From the NCBI GenBank assembly GCA_045530745.1, contig JAZSCQ010000048.1:49503-113502 (forward strand): a stretch of 64,000 nt of DNA, given 5' to 3'. Of the stretch, positions 27,052-37,348 are shown piece by piece. Positions within the stretch are counted from its first letter, which is position 1, and the number at the start of each line of letters is the position of its first letter. The notes below the pieces were generated by a model. That model did no database searches. It saw only the letters and a list, made by a program, of their open reading frames with translations, and was not told the DNA's origin. Origin of the DNA: Agathobacter sp. Its GTDB lineage: Bacteria > Bacillota > Clostridia > Lachnospirales > Lachnospiraceae. Position numbers and translations under genes: made by a program.

Positions 27052-27525
27052 TTATGCTCCATATAATACCGACTCAACCAATGTTTCTCCTTCATATCGA
27101 AGTTTTAATGAAAAGAAAGTTTCTCTTTCATTCAAAAGTCTAAGGAACACCTTGTCCCCTTCCCACAGGTTTAGGGATTCTATTTCCGTTTTTGGCACCC
27201 ATTCAAGTCTTCCTTCACTACATTCGGCCATTTCTTGCTCTGGCAGTTCTCCCTCGTATGCATCTGCAGTAAAAAGGTGCATGTATTCGCCTTCCCACTC
27301 GTCCGATACGAAAGTGACAATTCCACGGAAACGATAGCTAGTCAGTGTCAGTCCCGTCTCTTCTTTTACCTCACGAAGCAGACATTCCTCTGGACTTTCA
27401 CCCTCTTCAAACTTTCCACCTACTCCAATCCACTTGTCCTTGTTGCAGTCGTTTTCTTTTTTCACACGATGAAGCATCAGATACTTATCGTCTTTTTCTA
27501 TATAACATAATGTTGTCAGTTTCAT
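27052..27525 (-). CDS. mutX: 8-oxo-dGTP diphosphatase (MutX/MutT-like NUDIX)
   Basis: MKLTTLCYI, LMLHRVKK, GVGGKFEEGESPEECLLREVKEETG, LWEGD. Confidence 0.85.
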   Translation of the reverse strand: MKLTTLCYIEKDDKYLMLHRVKKENDCNKDKWIGVGGKFEEGESPEECLLREVKEETGLTLTSYRFRGIVTFVSDEWEGEYMHLFTADAYEGELPEQEMAECSEGRLEWVPKTEIESLNLWEGDKVFLRLLNERETFFSLKLRYEGETLVESVLYGA

Positions 27526-27529
27526 AGTC

Positions 27530-28330
27530 CTATTCCTTAGCACAAATCAGATTCCCACCGCGGTCTGTTACCAGTTTCTTGCATAATTCATAGTTTTCCC
27601 AGTCCCGAAGCAGTTTTGGATGGTGGGCATCCATACCAATAATAAAATCACAACCACATTCCACAGCCATATCAATAAAAGCTGGTGTCGGATAATGTAG
27701 CTCATCTCGGAAGCCATTCATATTGATTTCAATTGGCATATCACGACGCTTCATCTCCTGAATGAGTGGCAGCATGTGTTTACGATAAATCTCTGGTGTT
27801 CCTGTAAAACACATGATATCTGGATGTGCCACATAAAGGAATTTATCTGTCTGAATTCCTGTCATAACATGCTCTACATACTTAGCTAAATGCTCTTCGT
27901 CTTCCCAGGCACGTTTTGGACTGTGCCAGCCCTCTTCCTGATCATAGAAATGCTGTCCCAAAATAAAATAGTCGATTGGATATTTTTCAATCTCTGCCAT
28001 CGTCTTGTCAAAAAATGCAGCAAAATACTCCATTTCCAAACCACAATAAATCGCAATATCCTTTTCGTATTCTTTTTTCAAAGAAAGCACAGAATCCACA
28101 TACCCTTCCAGTTCGTCCATTCGCATACGAATTGGCGACACATAGTCTTCGCGGAATAAATATGGGGCATGGTCGGAAAAACCGAGCACATCCATACCAG
28201 CTTCTATCGCACTTTCCACATATTCACGGTCTGTGCCCTTTGCATGTTGACAGCGTGTGGTGTGGGTATGCATATTTATGAATCTACCTTTTAAATCGGA
28301 TATCTTTAACATATATCTCATTTGCTCCAT
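27530..28330 (-). CDS. PHP-family phosphatase (histidinol-phosphatase HisK-like)
   Basis: NMHTHT..CQHA, SDH, GLEME, AHPD, DAHHP. Confidence 0.82.
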   Translation of the reverse strand: MEQMRYMLKISDLKGRFINMHTHTTRCQHAKGTDREYVESAIEAGMDVLGFSDHAPYLFREDYVSPIRMRMDELEGYVDSVLSLKKEYEKDIAIYCGLEMEYFAAFFDKTMAEIEKYPIDYFILGQHFYDQEEGWHSPKRAWEDEEHLAKYVEHVMTGIQTDKFLYVAHPDIMCFTGTPEIYRKHMLPLIQEMKRRDMPIEINMNGFRDELHYPTPAFIDMAVECGCDFIIGMDAHHPKLLRDWENYELCKKLVTDRGGNLICAKE

Positions 28331-28453
28331 TCCATTTTAAAATTGGCTTGTCCCTAAACAGTTACATTTTATCAAAGTATGCTCTATTTTTCTAGTGCTT
28401 ACACGGATGAAATATGTTAAAATAAAACAAGAATTTCTTTTGGAGGAATTAGT

Positions 28454-28906
28454 ATGATTAAAGTAAATTTTATCTGCCATGGAAACATTTGTCGCTCTCC
28501 TATGGCAAAATATATTTTTAAAGATATGATAGAAAAACGTGGGATTGCAGATGATTTTGTTGTAGATTCCTGTGCTACCAGCTATGAAGAAATTGGAAAT
28601 CCTGTTTATCCACCTGCCCGCCAGGAACTGGCTCGCCATGATATCAGCTGTAAAGGACATTCTGCCCGCAAGCTGGTAAAAGCAGATTTCATAGAATATG
28701 ATTATCTGATCGCTATGGAACAGTACAATCTTCGCAATATTCGTCGTGAGTTTGGCGAGGAATTAACAAATCAAGTATCTCTGCTACTTGACTACACCGA
28801 TACTCCAGGTGATATCGATGATCCTTGGTACAGTGGTGGGTTCGATGTAACGTATAAGGAAATTGTTAAAGGGTGCGAAGGATTTTTGAAGCATCTAGGG
28901 TATTAA
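28454..28906 (+). CDS. Low molecular weight protein-tyrosine phosphatase
   Basis: CHGNICRSP, DIDDPWY. GGAGG RBS. Confidence 0.92.
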   Translation: MIKVNFICHGNICRSPMAKYIFKDMIEKRGIADDFVVDSCATSYEEIGNPVYPPARQELARHDISCKGHSARKLVKADFIEYDYLIAMEQYNLRNIRREFGEELTNQVSLLLDYTDTPGDIDDPWYSGGFDVTYKEIVKGCEGFLKHLGY

Positions 28907-28907
28907 C

Positions 28908-28941
28908 AAAAAGAGAGGCTGTAAATTGCCTCTCTTTCTTT
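28908..28941. terminator. Bidirectional terminator
   Basis: AAGAGAGGC-N8-GCCTCTCTT. Confidence 0.7.
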
Positions 28942-28959
28942 ATAACTCTAAGTCATTGC

Positions 28960-31173
28960 TTATTTGACATATTTCAAAATATTATCTATGGTAAATGCAT
29001 AGCGCTCTACTTCCTCCATAGCATAGTTCGACATAATCTCGTCGTACTCTTCTTTGGTGATTTCGATACCAGCGCCTTCTCCACCATATTGATGGCCAGC
29101 TTTATAATAATGAACCGAACCATCAGTCTCATATTCTGTTGATGTAATTATTTCAAACGAAAATGCATCCTTTTCAAAACTTACATTTCCATTAAAATTA
29201 CCGAGTGCAGCGCTACTACTTCCACAAAAAGTACCGTCCTTATAAACTGGATGAAAAGGTCTATACTCGAATGGATATCCATAAACCGCATCATCTTCCT
29301 CATGAAGGATTAAAATATCTCCTGAAGAATATTCCACGCAAACTTCATCTACACCATCATGATCTAAATCCACATTAAAGAAATGTACATATTTCCTATA
29401 ATCATCCCGATAAACACTCCAATAGATACCTTCTATATCTCCTATCCAACAGTCTGAACTAAATGCCACCTTGTTAAATAATACTTTCTGCATTGGCGTA
29501 AGTTCTTCGTCACTAACACCAACGTCTACATTAACTAATTTCTTTATAATAACATTTGAAACAAAATAATAGTTTCCATCTTTTTCTCGCAAAGTTACCT
29601 CACTAACACGTTTATACGAGCTAAACGCATCATAATATTGCAATGTTATGGTACCATTTTCATTACGTACCCCTTCTATAATAACATATCTGGGTACTAT
29701 CTCACCTCCTATAGTATTTCCTAATGCATTACCTACGAGGTTATAAAATGCATCATATTCTTCTAAATAATATAGATTGTTCAAATTTATTTGATTCGTT
29801 TCTTTACGTTTGAGACCGATATATTTTTTCAAAATCTGATCCATTTCTTTTCTAGTAACTTTTGCAACATCTAATTCTATCACAGTATCATATTTCTGTT
29901 CTAACAATCGAATTTCATCTTGAGAAACATTTGTTGACATACCAGTTGCACCGCCATAGAACACATGATGCAAGTCAATATCAGCAGGACTATTATATTC
30001 ACTGGTTAAAAACATATTTACTATAAGATTTTCATTATTGTTAAAGAACTCTGTTTCAAACCACTGCAATGTAGACTCATCTATAGGTCCCACCTCCACC
30101 TGTTCTACTTCAGTTTCCTCGGTACCTTCTATTCCTTCCGTATTATCGCTTGGTACTTCCTTCGGATTGGTCATAAAACAGATTGCAATAACCACACAAA
30201 CTACGATACCAAGCCCAGCAGCCCATACCGCTGGTTTCTTGTAGTCCACAATTCTCTTGATACGTTCCTTCACTCCTACTTCTCCAAATGCTACCGGGCA
30301 AGCAGAGATAAAATGTCTAGGATTACTACAAAGCAATAAACTCTTGGAATAATTCTTCTTTTCCTCTACTCCCATTACCTGTATCACTCGTTCATCACAA
30401 GCCAGCTCAATATCTCGACACATCAGGATGTAAGCCACCCAAACGAGTGGATTAAACCAATGGATTGCCAATATAGCAAAACCTAATGGTTTCCACCAGT
30501 GATCTCGATATCTTAAATGCTCCATTTCATGTGCCACGATATATGGCTTGTGTTCTTCACCGACATAGGAAGGCATATAAATCCTTGGGTTAACAAGTCC
30601 CATGATAAATGGAGACTGAATTTCATCGCAAATCCACAGATTATCCTCTAACTGCATAGAAGGCTTCACCGTTTCCCTTAAACGCATATAGGAAATCAAT
30701 GCATACCCAAGCATTCCCAAAATACCTATTAACCAAACCCACGACAGCATTATCATTGGGCTAACACTTTCCTCTGATGTAACATCATTTTGCGTTGCAT
30801 TATTTTGTGCACTTCCGTGTTGTAGCAAATCATCTTGTGCTACATCATTTCCCACTACATTCTCCACGCTAGGAACGTTAGGTGTTGTAGGTAGCACTGG
30901 GTTTATCATTTCATCCAAAAATGCTACTCCTGAATGAATCTCCGGCATATCCGAATTCACACTTTCTTCCTCAAATGTCTCAGCACTTGGTACTAAGCTA
31001 AAATCACTTTCGATAAACACTGGACACAAAAGGCGTATCCCTACCAATGCCCACAATACATAGCGTAATCCTTTTGGCGCCTTGCCCAATAACAAACGGA
31101 TTAGGATAACCGCTAAAATAAGCCAGCTGGCAGATACGCTCATATTTAAAATCTGTAAAAACAAACCTTCCAT
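28960..31173 (-). CDS. M56 (BlaR1/MecR1-like) membrane metallopeptidase with non-PBP extracellular domain
   Basis: LWALVGIRLLCP, AHEMEH, HWFNPLVW, DIELACDE, KERI. Acidic ~400 aa C-terminus. Confidence 0.9.
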   Translation of the reverse strand: MEGLFLQILNMSVSASWLILAVILIRLLLGKAPKGLRYVLWALVGIRLLCPVFIESDFSLVPSAETFEEESVNSDMPEIHSGVAFLDEMINPVLPTTPNVPSVENVVGNDVAQDDLLQHGSAQNNATQNDVTSEESVSPMIMLSWVWLIGILGMLGYALISYMRLRETVKPSMQLEDNLWICDEIQSPFIMGLVNPRIYMPSYVGEEHKPYIVAHEMEHLRYRDHWWKPLGFAILAIHWFNPLVWVAYILMCRDIELACDERVIQVMGVEEKKNYSKSLLLCSNPRHFISACPVAFGEVGVKERIKRIVDYKKPAVWAAGLGIVVCVVIAICFMTNPKEVPSDNTEGIEGTEETEVEQVEVGPIDESTLQWFETEFFNNNENLIVNMFLTSEYNSPADIDLHHVFYGGATGMSTNVSQDEIRLLEQKYDTVIELDVAKVTRKEMDQILKKYIGLKRKETNQINLNNLYYLEEYDAFYNLVGNALGNTIGGEIVPRYVIIEGVRNENGTITLQYYDAFSSYKRVSEVTLREKDGNYYFVSNVIIKKLVNVDVGVSDEELTPMQKVLFNKVAFSSDCWIGDIEGIYWSVYRDDYRKYVHFFNVDLDHDGVDEVCVEYSSGDILILHEEDDAVYGYPFEYRPFHPVYKDGTFCGSSSAALGNFNGNVSFEKDAFSFEIITSTEYETDGSVHYYKAGHQYGGEGAGIEITKEEYDEIMSNYAMEEVERYAFTIDNILKYVK

Positions 31174-31175
31174 AT

Positions 31176-31547
31176 CTACACCTCCCCAATCTTATCTATC
31201 ATCTTCGATATCTGTGCGATTTCCTCCTGCGACAATTTGTTCTTACTGGTAAAGGCGGCAATAAATGCTGGAAGCGAACCACCGAAAGTCTCTGAAAGAA
31301 ACTGTTCGCTTTGTGCAACTTGTACCTCTTCTTTTGATAAAATAGAGGTTACAACACCATTTTGATTTTGAAAGATTCCTCTTTCACATAATTTACGTAA
31401 TACGGTATATGTGGTAGACTTTTTCCAGTTTAATTTCTCTTCACAAAGCTTTACCAATTCTCCGGAAGCTACCGGTTCATTTTCCCATATAATATCTGCA
31501 AAATTTGATTCTACAAATGCCAATCGAACCTCATTTTTCTCACTCAT
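31176..31547 (-). CDS. BlaI/MecI/CopY family repressor
   Basis: IIWENEP, WKKSTTYTVLRKLCERG, FGGSLPAFIAAF. Confidence 0.92.
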   Translation of the reverse strand: MSEKNEVRLAFVESNFADIIWENEPVASGELVKLCEEKLNWKKSTTYTVLRKLCERGIFQNQNGVVTSILSKEEVQVAQSEQFLSETFGGSLPAFIAAFTSKNKLSQEEIAQISKMIDKIGEV

Positions 31548-31568
31548 TTCATCATCCTCCTTTATATT

Positions 31569-31629
31569 GGTTTACTTGCAATAAACCACTTCTTGCTTTT
31601 AGTCTATCACGGATAAACCGGCATGTCAA
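31569..31629 (-). promoter_or_regulatory. Promoter with two BlaI-type operators
   Basis: GGTTTA-N7-TAAACC (31569-31587) and AGTCTA-N7-TAAACC (31601-31619). TTGACA(31629-31624)-17-TAGACT(31606-31601). Confidence 0.72.
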
Positions 31630-31672
31630 TAAAAAACGACCCAGTATTAATAAAAACTGAGTCGTTTTTTAT
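31629..31672 (-). terminator. spoIVA terminator
   Basis: ATAAAAAACGAC.CAGT...ACTG.GTCGTTTTTTAT. Confidence 0.7.
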
Positions 31673-31678
31673 CATTAT

Positions 31679-33157
31679 CTAAATAATGATGCAAACCAAT
31701 CCACCATTATTATCATTCACAATCTTTTGCATCGTATTCTGCAACTGTGTCTGACATTCGTCGTCCATTTTACTGATTTTATCACGAATTCCATCTTCCA
31801 TCATATCGCCAAGAGATTTGCCAAAAATGTTAGTTCCCCATACACCATCTGCAGAGTATTCCCCGTCCTTGATATAGGTAATAAGGTCTTCTGCCTGCTC
31901 CTTATTTCCTACGATTGGTGCAATCTCGGTTTCAATATTGGCTCGAATCATGTGAATAGATGGAGAGGTAGCTCGAATCTTAACTCCATATTTGCCCGCA
32001 TGTGTAATAAGCTCTGGTTCTTCCATGGTAATGTCCGAAAGCGTTGGAGATACTACGCCATATCCGCGTGCACTTACACTATTCATAGCATCCTCTACTT
32101 TCTCATACTGCTGTTTCTTCTCCGAAAGGGTCTGAATCATATGAATAAGCTGATATTCACTGGTAACCGGTTCCCCTGCAATCAAACTTAAATAGTCATA
32201 ATAGTATTTATCATCAACATCTAAGCGAAGCTCTACTGTTCCATCTGCTGTACGTACTTTACGGATAAAAGGATTACAAAGACTCATTTCATTATCCTTG
32301 CAAGAGATTACCTCACCTGTATCATCATACAAATCACGCATCTTCGTTACCCTACCAAGCCAATCCATTGCATAGGCGATGAGTTCTTTTTTCACAGGAT
32401 GCTCATTGTCCAGCATCTCTGTCCATTTTGGAATAAAGAATTCTACTGTACTGACTGGAAATTCGAGTAACACACTTTCTAGGATTCGCACGATATCACT
32501 TTTCTGCATCTGCTTACAGTTAACTGCAATTACAGGACGTCCGTACTTCTCTTCTAAAGATGCACGCAATTCTTCTGTTTCGCTACTATATTGGCGTTCG
32601 CTATTAAGAAGGATAATATACGGTTTTCCTGTTTCTTCCATCTCAGCAATGGTGCATTCCTCCGCATCTATGTAACTAGGTCTAGCAATTTCCCCGAAGC
32701 TTCCATCTGTGGTGACAACAACTCCAATGGTTGCATGCTCCTTGATAACCTTTAGTGTACCGATTTTGGCAGCATCCTCAAATGGAATCTCCTCTGCAAA
32801 CCATGGAGTACGCACCATACGCTGGTTTTCACCTTCCATATGTCCGTTTGCACCATCCACAACAAAACCAACACAGTCGACTAAGCGCACTTTTACATCG
32901 GTACTGTCATCCATACGGATGTCTACACCATTTTGCGGGATAAACTTTGGTTCTGTCGTCATAATCGTTTTCCCCTGGGACGATTGTGGCAGTTCATCAA
33001 TGGTCCGTTCTTTTAAAGGCCCGTCTTCCATATATGGCAGAACAAACAAATCCATGAAACGTTTAATAAATGTGGATTTGCCAGTTCTCACGGGGCCCAC
33101 CACCCCTATGTAAATCTCTCCACCTGTCCTACTAGCAATGTCCTTATATATATCCAT
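31679..33157 (-). CDS. spoIVA: Stage IV sporulation protein A
   Basis: DIASRTGGEIYIGVVGPVRTGKSTFIKRF, DELPQS, MTTEPKF, C-terminal GGLVCIII. GGAGG before ATG 33157. Confidence 0.96.
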   Translation of the reverse strand: MDIYKDIASRTGGEIYIGVVGPVRTGKSTFIKRFMDLFVLPYMEDGPLKERTIDELPQSSQGKTIMTTEPKFIPQNGVDIRMDDSTDVKVRLVDCVGFVVDGANGHMEGENQRMVRTPWFAEEIPFEDAAKIGTLKVIKEHATIGVVVTTDGSFGEIARPSYIDAEECTIAEMEETGKPYIILLNSERQYSSETEELRASLEEKYGRPVIAVNCKQMQKSDIVRILESVLLEFPVSTVEFFIPKWTEMLDNEHPVKKELIAYAMDWLGRVTKMRDLYDDTGEVISCKDNEMSLCNPFIRKVRTADGTVELRLDVDDKYYYDYLSLIAGEPVTSEYQLIHMIQTLSEKKQQYEKVEDAMNSVSARGYGVVSPTLSDITMEEPELITHAGKYGVKIRATSPSIHMIRANIETEIAPIVGNKEQAEDLITYIKDGEYSADGVWGTNIFGKSLGDMMEDGIRDKISKMDDECQTQLQNTMQKIVNDNNGGLVCIII

Positions 33158-33188
33158 ATCCAATTCCTCCACGCATATATTCATACCT

Positions 33189-33218
33189 AAACATATGCAG
33201 TCCGCCTGAATTCTATAC
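33189..33218 (-). promoter_or_regulatory. Possible sigma-E promoter of spoIVA
   Basis: GTATAG...CATATGTT on minus. The -10 fits the CATAnnnT sigma-E/K consensus, and spoIVA is sigma-E-dependent in characterised spore formers. Confidence 0.4.
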
Positions 33219-33256
33219 ACAAAAATTTACTCCCGAGATACCAAATTAGGCAAAAA

Positions 33257-33344
33257 AATTATCTATACATCAAAAGTTTGTCTACAGATACCCCAAAAAT
33301 GAAAAAGTGGTATCCCAGCAACAACTTTTTATGTATAGATAATT
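33257..33344. repeat. 88-nt imperfect inverted repeat
   Basis: AATTATCTATACAT.AAAAGTT...GATACC / GGTATC...AACTTTT.ATGTATAGATAATT. Confidence 0.7.
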
Positions 33345-33417
33345 GTTCGCGCGACTCGCGTTGTTTTCAGAGATATCCTCAACTTCCGCGCGGTGGTTTG
33401 TGTTACAAACTAGTTCG

Positions 33418-34341
33418 TTATTTCATAAGTTTAATTGCACCTGGAAGACATTCCACATGCATTACGGTATTATATGTACTCATTTCGCCATCGGTATGCC
33501 ATACGTTTGGAGTTTTTAAGACGATATCCGCATTCTTAAAATCTACGCCCAGATAAGCATCATGACCAGTATGTTTTCCACCTAACAAAGAAGGAAACAA
33601 TGATAAACATTTCCATTTACCGATTCCATGAATACAGCACATAGACAATTTACCATCATGCGCATCCGCATTTGGTGACATTGGAACACCGCCCCCCTCG
33701 CATTTATGATTCATAAGTGCGATAAAAGTAACCTTGTCCATAATACCATAGTCAACTCCATCTGCAACAATATGCGCATTCATAGGTGGCATAGCAAAAA
33801 GGGACTGAAGCGTTAAAATTGCATAAGTGAGCTTACCTAACCCAATCTTATTCAGGACTTTCTTGAGTGTCGATGTCAATGCAAGACGACAAACATCCGC
33901 GTCTACACCTACACCTGCACTTACTGCGAAGAACTTCTTGCTCTCTCCATCATCCCATGAGATACATCCCAAATCCATGTTCATGTATTCTTTTGAATCC
34001 AGAATACGATTCAAGTTTTCCATCGGTTCCGTTGAAAGTGCTAATCCTCTTGCAAGATCATTTCCTGAGCCTGTAGGAATATATCCAAGAATAAGCTTCT
34101 GGTAATCACGTGCGCCGTTTATTACCTCATTAAAAGTGCCATCACCACCAATAACGATAATCTTTACTGGTTCGTCTGCTGTCTTTACCAGCTTTCTGGA
34201 AATCTCAATTGCATGACCAGCATACTTAGTCTCATGAAGCACATAGAGCACTTCACGACGTTCTAACTCCTGTCTTAACTCTTCCCAAATCTTTCTTGCT
34301 TTTCCTGTACGGGAATTTAAGTTCACTATAAAATGATACAT
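33418..34341 (-). CDS. Diacylglycerol/lipid kinase family protein (DagK/YegS)
   Basis: FIVNLNSRTG, GGDGTFNEVING, IPTGSGNDLARGL, HTDGE. Confidence 0.9.
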   Translation of the reverse strand: MYHFIVNLNSRTGKARKIWEELRQELERREVLYVLHETKYAGHAIEISRKLVKTADEPVKIIVIGGDGTFNEVINGARDYQKLILGYIPTGSGNDLARGLALSTEPMENLNRILDSKEYMNMDLGCISWDDGESKKFFAVSAGVGVDADVCRLALTSTLKKVLNKIGLGKLTYAILTLQSLFAMPPMNAHIVADGVDYGIMDKVTFIALMNHKCEGGGVPMSPNADAHDGKLSMCCIHGIGKWKCLSLFPSLLGGKHTGHDAYLGVDFKNADIVLKTPNVWHTDGEMSTYNTVMHVECLPGAIKLMK

Positions 34342-34434
34342 AATTACTACACCACTTTTCTTATCCATAAAGTCTATGAGATTCCATAACCATGCATAAC
34401 TGCATGATTACGAAATCTCTTTGTTTACATTAAA

Positions 34435-35928
34435 TTATTTTACATTATGTGGATTTAATCTGCCATATAATTCTGCATAGCCGCGAATTTTCTTTGCCAA
34501 ATCTTTACCAATCTGTTCTTCTGTAGCTCTCCACTGCCAGTTAATACCAAGTGAAGATGGTGTATTTAAACGTGCTTCTGAACCAAGTTCTAAGAGATCT
34601 TGCATTGGAATAATTGCCATATCAGCTACAGATGCCCAAGCCGCTCTCATAAGCCCCCAGTTGTAGCCTTCTTCCTCTGTAAGCTGTAAGTATTCTTTGG
34701 CATATTCGATTGACTTCTTAGGCGCTGTCTTTAACCATCCTATAACTGTATCGTTGTCGTGTGTTCCAGTATATACTACACAATGCTGTGTATATGTATG
34801 TGGTAAATAGTTTGTCTCTTCACGAGAGTCAAATGCGAACTGAATAACCTTCATTCCTGGGAATCCTGAATCTTTTAACAACTGTTTTACAGAAGGTGTT
34901 AAGAAACCAAGGTCTTCTACAATGATTGGAAGCTTACCAAGTTTCTGCTCTAATACGCGGAAGAGATCCATACCTGGCCCCTGTCTCCATTCACCATTCC
35001 TAGCTGTTGTATCCTGTGCAGGAATAGCAAAGTAAGAATCGAAACCTCTGAAATGGTCAATACGTACGATATCATATAATTTAGACATCGCAGAAATACG
35101 TTTTGTCCACCAATCATAACCATTATTTCTCATTACATCCCAACGGAATAATGGGTTGCCCCAGAGCTGTCCATCGGCAGAGAATGCATCTGGAGGACAT
35201 CCTGCTACATCGATTGGCTCTCTTAAGTTATTTAAATAGAATTCATTTGGATTTGCCCATACATCTGCACTATCATATGCAACATAAATTGGCACATCAC
35301 CAATAATCTGGATGCCGTTTTCATTTGCATATGCTTTCAAATCTCTCCACTGCTTGAAGAAAAGGAACTGAAGCATTTTGTAGAACTGCATACCTTCTTT
35401 GAATTCTTCTTTGAATAAGTGCATTTTATCATCGTGACGATATTTGTATTTTTCTTCCCATGTACACCATGCTGCACCACCATTTGCATCTTTAAGTGCC
35501 ATAAAGAGTGAGTAGTCTTCTAACCACCAACCCTCTACCCAACAGAAATCCCAGAATTCCTGTGGAATCTTCTTTATAAAACGGTCATATGCTTTGTGAA
35601 GTAATGCATAACGAGACTGATACATGATACCATAATCAACTCTTGTTTCATTATCTCCCCATGGATATGACTCGCATTCTTTCTTTGTCAATAATTTGTC
35701 TTTTACAAGCAATTCTAAATCGATGAAGTATGGGTTGCCTGCAAAACTTGAGAATGACTGATATGGTGAATCACCAAAACTTGTTGGACTGATTGGAAGA
35801 ATCTGCCAATAGGTCTGGCCACCTTTCTTTAAAAAGTCAACAAATTTTCTTGCTGCTTTACCCATTGTACCAATACCATAAGGCGATGGTAATGATGAAA
35901 TAGGCATTAACACGCCACTTGTTCTCAT
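34435..35928 (-). CDS. malQ: 4-alpha-glucanotransferase (GH77)
   Basis: SGVLMPISSLP, DSPYQS, GQLWGNP, RIDHFRG, EDLG, YTGTHDN. Confidence 0.96.
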   Translation of the reverse strand: MRTSGVLMPISSLPSPYGIGTMGKAARKFVDFLKKGGQTYWQILPISPTSFGDSPYQSFSSFAGNPYFIDLELLVKDKLLTKKECESYPWGDNETRVDYGIMYQSRYALLHKAYDRFIKKIPQEFWDFCWVEGWWLEDYSLFMALKDANGGAAWCTWEEKYKYRHDDKMHLFKEEFKEGMQFYKMLQFLFFKQWRDLKAYANENGIQIIGDVPIYVAYDSADVWANPNEFYLNNLREPIDVAGCPPDAFSADGQLWGNPLFRWDVMRNNGYDWWTKRISAMSKLYDIVRIDHFRGFDSYFAIPAQDTTARNGEWRQGPGMDLFRVLEQKLGKLPIIVEDLGFLTPSVKQLLKDSGFPGMKVIQFAFDSREETNYLPHTYTQHCVVYTGTHDNDTVIGWLKTAPKKSIEYAKEYLQLTEEEGYNWGLMRAAWASVADMAIIPMQDLLELGSEARLNTPSSLGINWQWRATEEQIGKDLAKKIRGYAELYGRLNPHNVK

Positions 35929-36083
35929 GTGTATTCCCTCCTGATTTTAAACCTGTGTATATTTTATCACTCTTTGACGGTACTTACAACCTAACATTTC
36001 GGATTTTTTCGAGTTTTTTCCGTTGATTTTTGTTGTTTTCAACCTGCTTTGGTAGTATTATTTCATAAGACGAGGTGTTAATT

Positions 36084-37343
36084 ATGAAAAAATATTACAT
36101 ACAAAATATTCGACCACTTCTAAAAAACACTTTGGTGACAGCCAAGTGGGTGGTCTTTGCTACCATAACAGGTGCAGTTGTAAGCCTTGTGGGTAGCGCA
36201 TTTTATTTCCTACTTGCCCATGTGACTACATTACGTGAGCAAAATCCATGGATTATCTACCTGCTTCCCTTTGCAGGACTTGCAATCGTAGGACTTTATC
36301 ATTTATTCCATAATGATAATGATGGTGGAACCAACCTTGTTATTTCTGCCGTACATTCTGGAGACCGAATTCCACTACGTATGACACCATCCATTTTTAT
36401 CTCAACCACCCTGACCCATCTCTTTGGTGGTTCAGCTGGTAGAGAAGGTGCCGCACTTCAGATTGGTGGAAGTATTGGTAATTCTCTTGGAAAACTGTTT
36501 AAGTTCGATGAAAAAGATACTCATGTAGTTATTATGTGTGGTATGAGTGCTGCGTTCTCCACTCTATTCGGAACGCCAATGGCAGCTGCTATTTTCCCAA
36601 TGGAAATGGTAAGTGTCGGCGTTATGTACTACATGGCTTTGGTTCCATGTGTGGTAAGCTCTCTCGTAGCTCACGGAATCGCAGTATATCTTGGTGTAGC
36701 AGGCGAAGCCTTCCACGTAACAGGAATTCCTGAACTTGAGCTTGTACCATCCCTTAAGATTGTGTTACTGGCTTCTATCTGTGCATTCCTTAGTATGGGA
36801 TTCTGTGTATTCTTACACAAGATAGAACATCTGTATAAGAAATTCCTAAAGAACCGATACCTTCGTATTTTTGTCGGTGGCTGTGCTGTCGTACTTCTTA
36901 CGATGTTAGTTGGAAACAATGATTACAATGGAGCTGGTATGCATACCATTGAACATGCAATTGAAGGGCACGTCGTACCAGAAGCTTTCTTACTCAAGAT
37001 GCTCTTTACTGCACTTACCATCGGCGCTGGATATAAGGGTGGTGAAATCGTGCCTACCTTCTTCGTAGGTGCAACCTTCGGCTGTCTCTTAGGACAGTTC
37101 ATCGGACTTAGCCCATCGTTTTGTGCAGCGATTGGTATGATTTCACTCTTCTGTGGCGTAACCAACTGTCCAATCAGCACATTACTGATTAGCTTTGAAT
37201 TGTTCGGATACGATGGCATGCCATATTATCTGATGGCGGTGGCATTTAGTTATATGCTTTCTGGATATTTCGGATTATATAGCAGTCAGAAGATTATGTA
37301 TTCTAAGTACAAAACGGACTTTATCAATAGACATACACATTAA
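36084..37343 (+). CDS. CLC-family anion channel/transporter
   Basis: GGSAGREGAALQIG, FGTPMAAA, GYKGGEIVP. GAGGTG RBS. Confidence 0.9.
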   Translation: MKKYYIQNIRPLLKNTLVTAKWVVFATITGAVVSLVGSAFYFLLAHVTTLREQNPWIIYLLPFAGLAIVGLYHLFHNDNDGGTNLVISAVHSGDRIPLRMTPSIFISTTLTHLFGGSAGREGAALQIGGSIGNSLGKLFKFDEKDTHVVIMCGMSAAFSTLFGTPMAAAIFPMEMVSVGVMYYMALVPCVVSSLVAHGIAVYLGVAGEAFHVTGIPELELVPSLKIVLLASICAFLSMGFCVFLHKIEHLYKKFLKNRYLRIFVGGCAVVLLTMLVGNNDYNGAGMHTIEHAIEGHVVPEAFLLKMLFTALTIGAGYKGGEIVPTFFVGATFGCLLGQFIGLSPSFCAAIGMISLFCGVTNCPISTLLISFELFGYDGMPYYLMAVAFSYMLSGYFGLYSSQKIMYSKYKTDFINRHTH

Positions 37344-37348
37344 ACTAC

